A stretch of DNA of 63,869 bases, counting the filler, from Lama guanicoe (Eukaryota): assembly GCA_013239625.1 (NCBI GenBank). It is 196 parts of 196 records of this genome, joined end to end, with 100 filler letters (N's around TTAATTAATTAA, not from the genome) between each part and the next. Parts side by side here need not be neighbours in the genome. Positions count along the whole stretch, not along the records: positions 61,354 to 61,580 come from PNXV01042655.1; positions 61,681 to 61,907 come from PNXV01042656.1; positions 62,008 to 62,234 come from PNXV01042657.1; positions 62,335 to 62,561 come from PNXV01042658.1; positions 62,662 to 62,888 come from PNXV01042659.1; positions 62,989 to 63,215 come from PNXV01042660.1; positions 63,316 to 63,542 come from PNXV01042661.1; positions 63,643 to 63,869 come from PNXV01042662.1; 188 more parts are not named here. One strand, written 5' to 3'. Made by a program: the position numbers and the translations under genes. The notes under the pieces were generated by a model. That model was not told where the DNA came from. It made no database searches and saw nothing but the letters and a program-made list of their open reading frames with translations. Shown here piece after piece: positions 61,254 to 63,869 of the stretch. The first letter of the stretch is position 1. Each line of letters opens with the position of its first letter.

Positions 61254-62007
61254 NNNNNNNNNNNNNNNNNNNNNNNNNNNNNNNNNNNNNNNNNNNNTTA
61301 ATTAATTAANNNNNNNNNNNNNNNNNNNNNNNNNNNNNNNNNNNNNNNNNNNNCTCTGTTACACATGACTTCCCATGTGTAACAGATGAAGAATGCATCT
61401 ACAAGAAACCTACATTTCAAGGGTTTTACAATCAATCTTGTATCTTTCCCATGAATTGAATCTCACAGACCGCCGTCCCCTTGTCATTTGTTTTTGCCCA
61501 GCTTAACTGTCTTCCTCTACTTAAATGCAATTCAAAAATGTTATGATTGGGCAATAGATTTACAGTTCCTGTACTCAACANNNNNNNNNNNNNNNNNNNN
61601 NNNNNNNNNNNNNNNNNNNNNNNNTTAATTAATTAANNNNNNNNNNNNNNNNNNNNNNNNNNNNNNNNNNNNNNNNNNNNATTGTTCACAACTGCATTAT
61701 CAAATGAACAAAATGTATTTCCTGGTTTGTCAGATTCATTCTAATATCTATCATGGTATGTATGTCATGGTGGCACAATGTTATAATTCAGCAGGCTGAC
61801 TTATTTCAAATCCATTCACTTTCTAGTTGTCTTACTCTTTGAGGAGGCCATTGAAAGAATTTTTCTGCTAAGTGACTCACAAGATAAACCCTGGCAATTT
61901 GGTGGCTNNNNNNNNNNNNNNNNNNNNNNNNNNNNNNNNNNNNNNNNNNNNTTAATTAATTAANNNNNNNNNNNNNNNNNNNNNNNNNNNNNNNNNNNNN
62001 NNNNNNN

Positions 62008-62234
62008 CAAGTTCTTTGGCTAAATCACAACAAAGAGCATCTTTCCCCCAATTTCCAACAGCCTGTCCGTCATTTCTGTCTGAGACCCCATCAGAAGACC
62101 TTTAACATCCATATTTCAGCCAGCATTCGGTTCATGATTATTTGCGTATTTTCTAAGGAGATGAACGTTTGCCCTCTGGCGCCCTTTCTTCTTTCTAAGC
62201 CCTTATCAGTATCACCTTTAACATCCATGTTTCA
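62008..62234 (-). mobile_element. MaLR internal sequence fragment
   Basis: tctttggctaaatcacaacaaag...catttctgtctgagacccc...ccatatttc.gccagcatt resembles antisense MaLR-int. Confidence 0.6.
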
Positions 62235-62661
62235 NNNNNNNNNNNNNNNNNNNNNNNNNNNNNNNNNNNNNNNNNNNNTTAATTAATTAANNNNNNNNNN
62301 NNNNNNNNNNNNNNNNNNNNNNNNNNNNNNNNNNTTAGTTTCATGCTTGAAGTTTTTTTTTTTAAGAAGACTTTTTAAAGCAGATTTGGTTTATAACGAA
62401 ATTAAAAGGAAGGTACAGAGACTTCCTACGTGCTTTGTCACTGCACACTCTTCCCCCACTAGCAACCAGAATGATACCTTTTTTTTTTAAATCAAAATTG
62501 AACCTACATTGATGCATCATAATCACCCCGAGCCCAGAGTTTACCTTACAGTTCACTCTTGNNNNNNNNNNNNNNNNNNNNNNNNNNNNNNNNNNNNNNN
62601 NNNNNTTAATTAATTAANNNNNNNNNNNNNNNNNNNNNNNNNNNNNNNNNNNNNNNNNNNN

Positions 62662-62689
62662 TGGGCAACAGAACAACATTGGAATGGTG
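62662..62689 (+). CDS. SNRPG: Sm protein G exon 3' end
   Basis: t ggg caa cag aac aac att gga atg gtg|gtaagt = GQQNNIGMV, matching SmG SGQQNNIGMVVIRGN, with consensus donor and intron-like sequence after. Confidence 0.82.
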
Positions 62690-62988
62690 GTAAGTAAAGA
62701 TAGATGATCTTAGAGATCTCGTTTTTCTTTTTGAAGCAAGTATTAGCTTTCCTTCTATCAAACTCTTGAATTGAATTGAAGTTAGGCAAATTACATGCAG
62801 GATTAGACATTCCATCTCCCTTTTAGTTTAACATGTGGCGGTCATTCAACTGTTACCTATAGGTTAGAGCTGAATCTTACACAGAATCNNNNNNNNNNNN
62901 NNNNNNNNNNNNNNNNNNNNNNNNNNNNNNNNTTAATTAATTAANNNNNNNNNNNNNNNNNNNNNNNNNNNNNNNNNNNNNNNNNNNN

Positions 62989-63055
62989 ATCACCTTTGGG
63001 GATTAGGAATTCCACATATGGATTCTGAGGAGACACAGAGACTCAGACCATAGCA
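62989..63055. mobile_element. MaLR (MLT/MST-type) LTR end, followed by antisense L1 (63061-63215)
   Basis: ttggggattagg...acatatggattctgaggagacac...tcagaccatagca. Confidence 0.65.
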
Positions 63056-63356
63056 GTAAGAATCCAGTCTCATTCTTCTATCTGTGGATATCCAATTGTT
63101 CTAGAACCATTTGTTGAAAAGACTATTCTTTCACCTTTTGACTTGTCTTGACACCCTTGTCAAAAATGAATTGACCATAAGCATAGGGATTTATATCTAG
63201 ACTCAATTCTGTACCNNNNNNNNNNNNNNNNNNNNNNNNNNNNNNNNNNNNNNNNNNNNTTAATTAATTAANNNNNNNNNNNNNNNNNNNNNNNNNNNNN
63301 NNNNNNNNNNNNNNNGACTCAGCAGCATTAATCATAATAGCCAAAACCTGGAAACA

Positions 63357-63509
63357 CAGTGAACTCTTGAACAACACAGATACTGTATCTATAGTTCCAA
63401 GGCTTCAACCAATCATAGACCGTACAGTACTACAGTATTTACTGTCGAAAAATATCCATGTGCAGGTGGACCTGTGCAGTTCAAACGTGTGACGTTCAAG
63501 GGTCAAGTG
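63357..63509. mobile_element. Tigger2-family MITE (MER8/Tigger2a-like) nested in L1 ORF2
   Basis: Imperfect TIRs cagtgaactcttgaaca... / ...gttcaagggtcaagtg; flanks rejoin as L1 gccaaaacctggaaaca|atccaaatgtccatcaacag. Confidence 0.8.
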
Positions 63510-63869
63510 GAATCCAAATGTCCATCAACAGTAAAAGAGATANNNNNNNNNNNNNNNNNNNNNNNNNNNNNNNNNNNNNNNNNNNNTTAATTAATTAANN
63601 NNNNNNNNNNNNNNNNNNNNNNNNNNNNNNNNNNNNNNNNNNCAAAATCTAGCACCCAACACTCTATGTCTGGAATCCAAGCAAAAATGATCAGGCAGGC
63701 AAAGGAAAAAATTATGACCCAGAACCAGCAAAAGAAACAATCAACAGATACAGACTCAGAAATGGCAAAAGATAATGGAATTAGCAGACAAGAGCATTAA
63801 ACAAGGTTACACTGGTGTGGCTTCTTGGGGAAAAGCTTGGTTATTCCTTAAAAGGTTAAACATAAGTTA

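Noticed and set aside
601..62815. Most ORFs in the supplied track
   Set aside because: They reach 60 aa only by reading through N runs to linker stops, often from non-ATG starts; apart from L1, ERV and RAC1 pieces they show no recognisable homology.
227..63642. Regular repeat with unique ~226-bp spacers resembling a CRISPR-like or other natural array
   Set aside because: The repeat is N-padded synthetic linker; the spacers are unrelated mammalian contigs; no cas or other prokaryotic genes are seen.

Overview
This window is not contiguous DNA. It is an artificial concatenation of about 196 unrelated short contigs (225-227 bp; mostly 226 bp up to ~35.5 kb, mostly 227 bp after). Each is joined to the next by an identical 100-bp linker, N44-TTAATTAATTAA-N44, which has stop codons in all six frames, so no gene context survives across fragments. 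The fragments are mammalian genomic DNA, most likely camelid: tRNA-Ala-derived vic-1-like SINEs and cetartiodactyl-type L1 ends are present, and I saw no Alu, BovB/Bov-A, PRE-1 or SINEC. Content is dominated by L1, MIR, L2, LTR/ERV and DNA-transposon fragments. Recognisable gene pieces are a UPF2 exon carrying a +1 frameshift but keeping its splice donor, exon ends of ACTR3B and SNRPG, a decayed RAC1 retrocopy and a class I ERV integrase fragment. Tandem repeats include a ~245-bp satellite seen in four circular phases, a 42-bp hairpin minisatellite, an 18/36-bp CpG-rich minisatellite and a ~7-bp degenerate satellite. Two near-duplicate contig pairs have exactly 49-bp identical flanks, the signature of de Bruijn assembly bubbles. 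Gene and repeat-family assignments are from recalled consensus sequences, not database searches. I find no supportable novel multi-gene system; the regular repeat/spacer appearance is an assembly artefact, not CRISPR.
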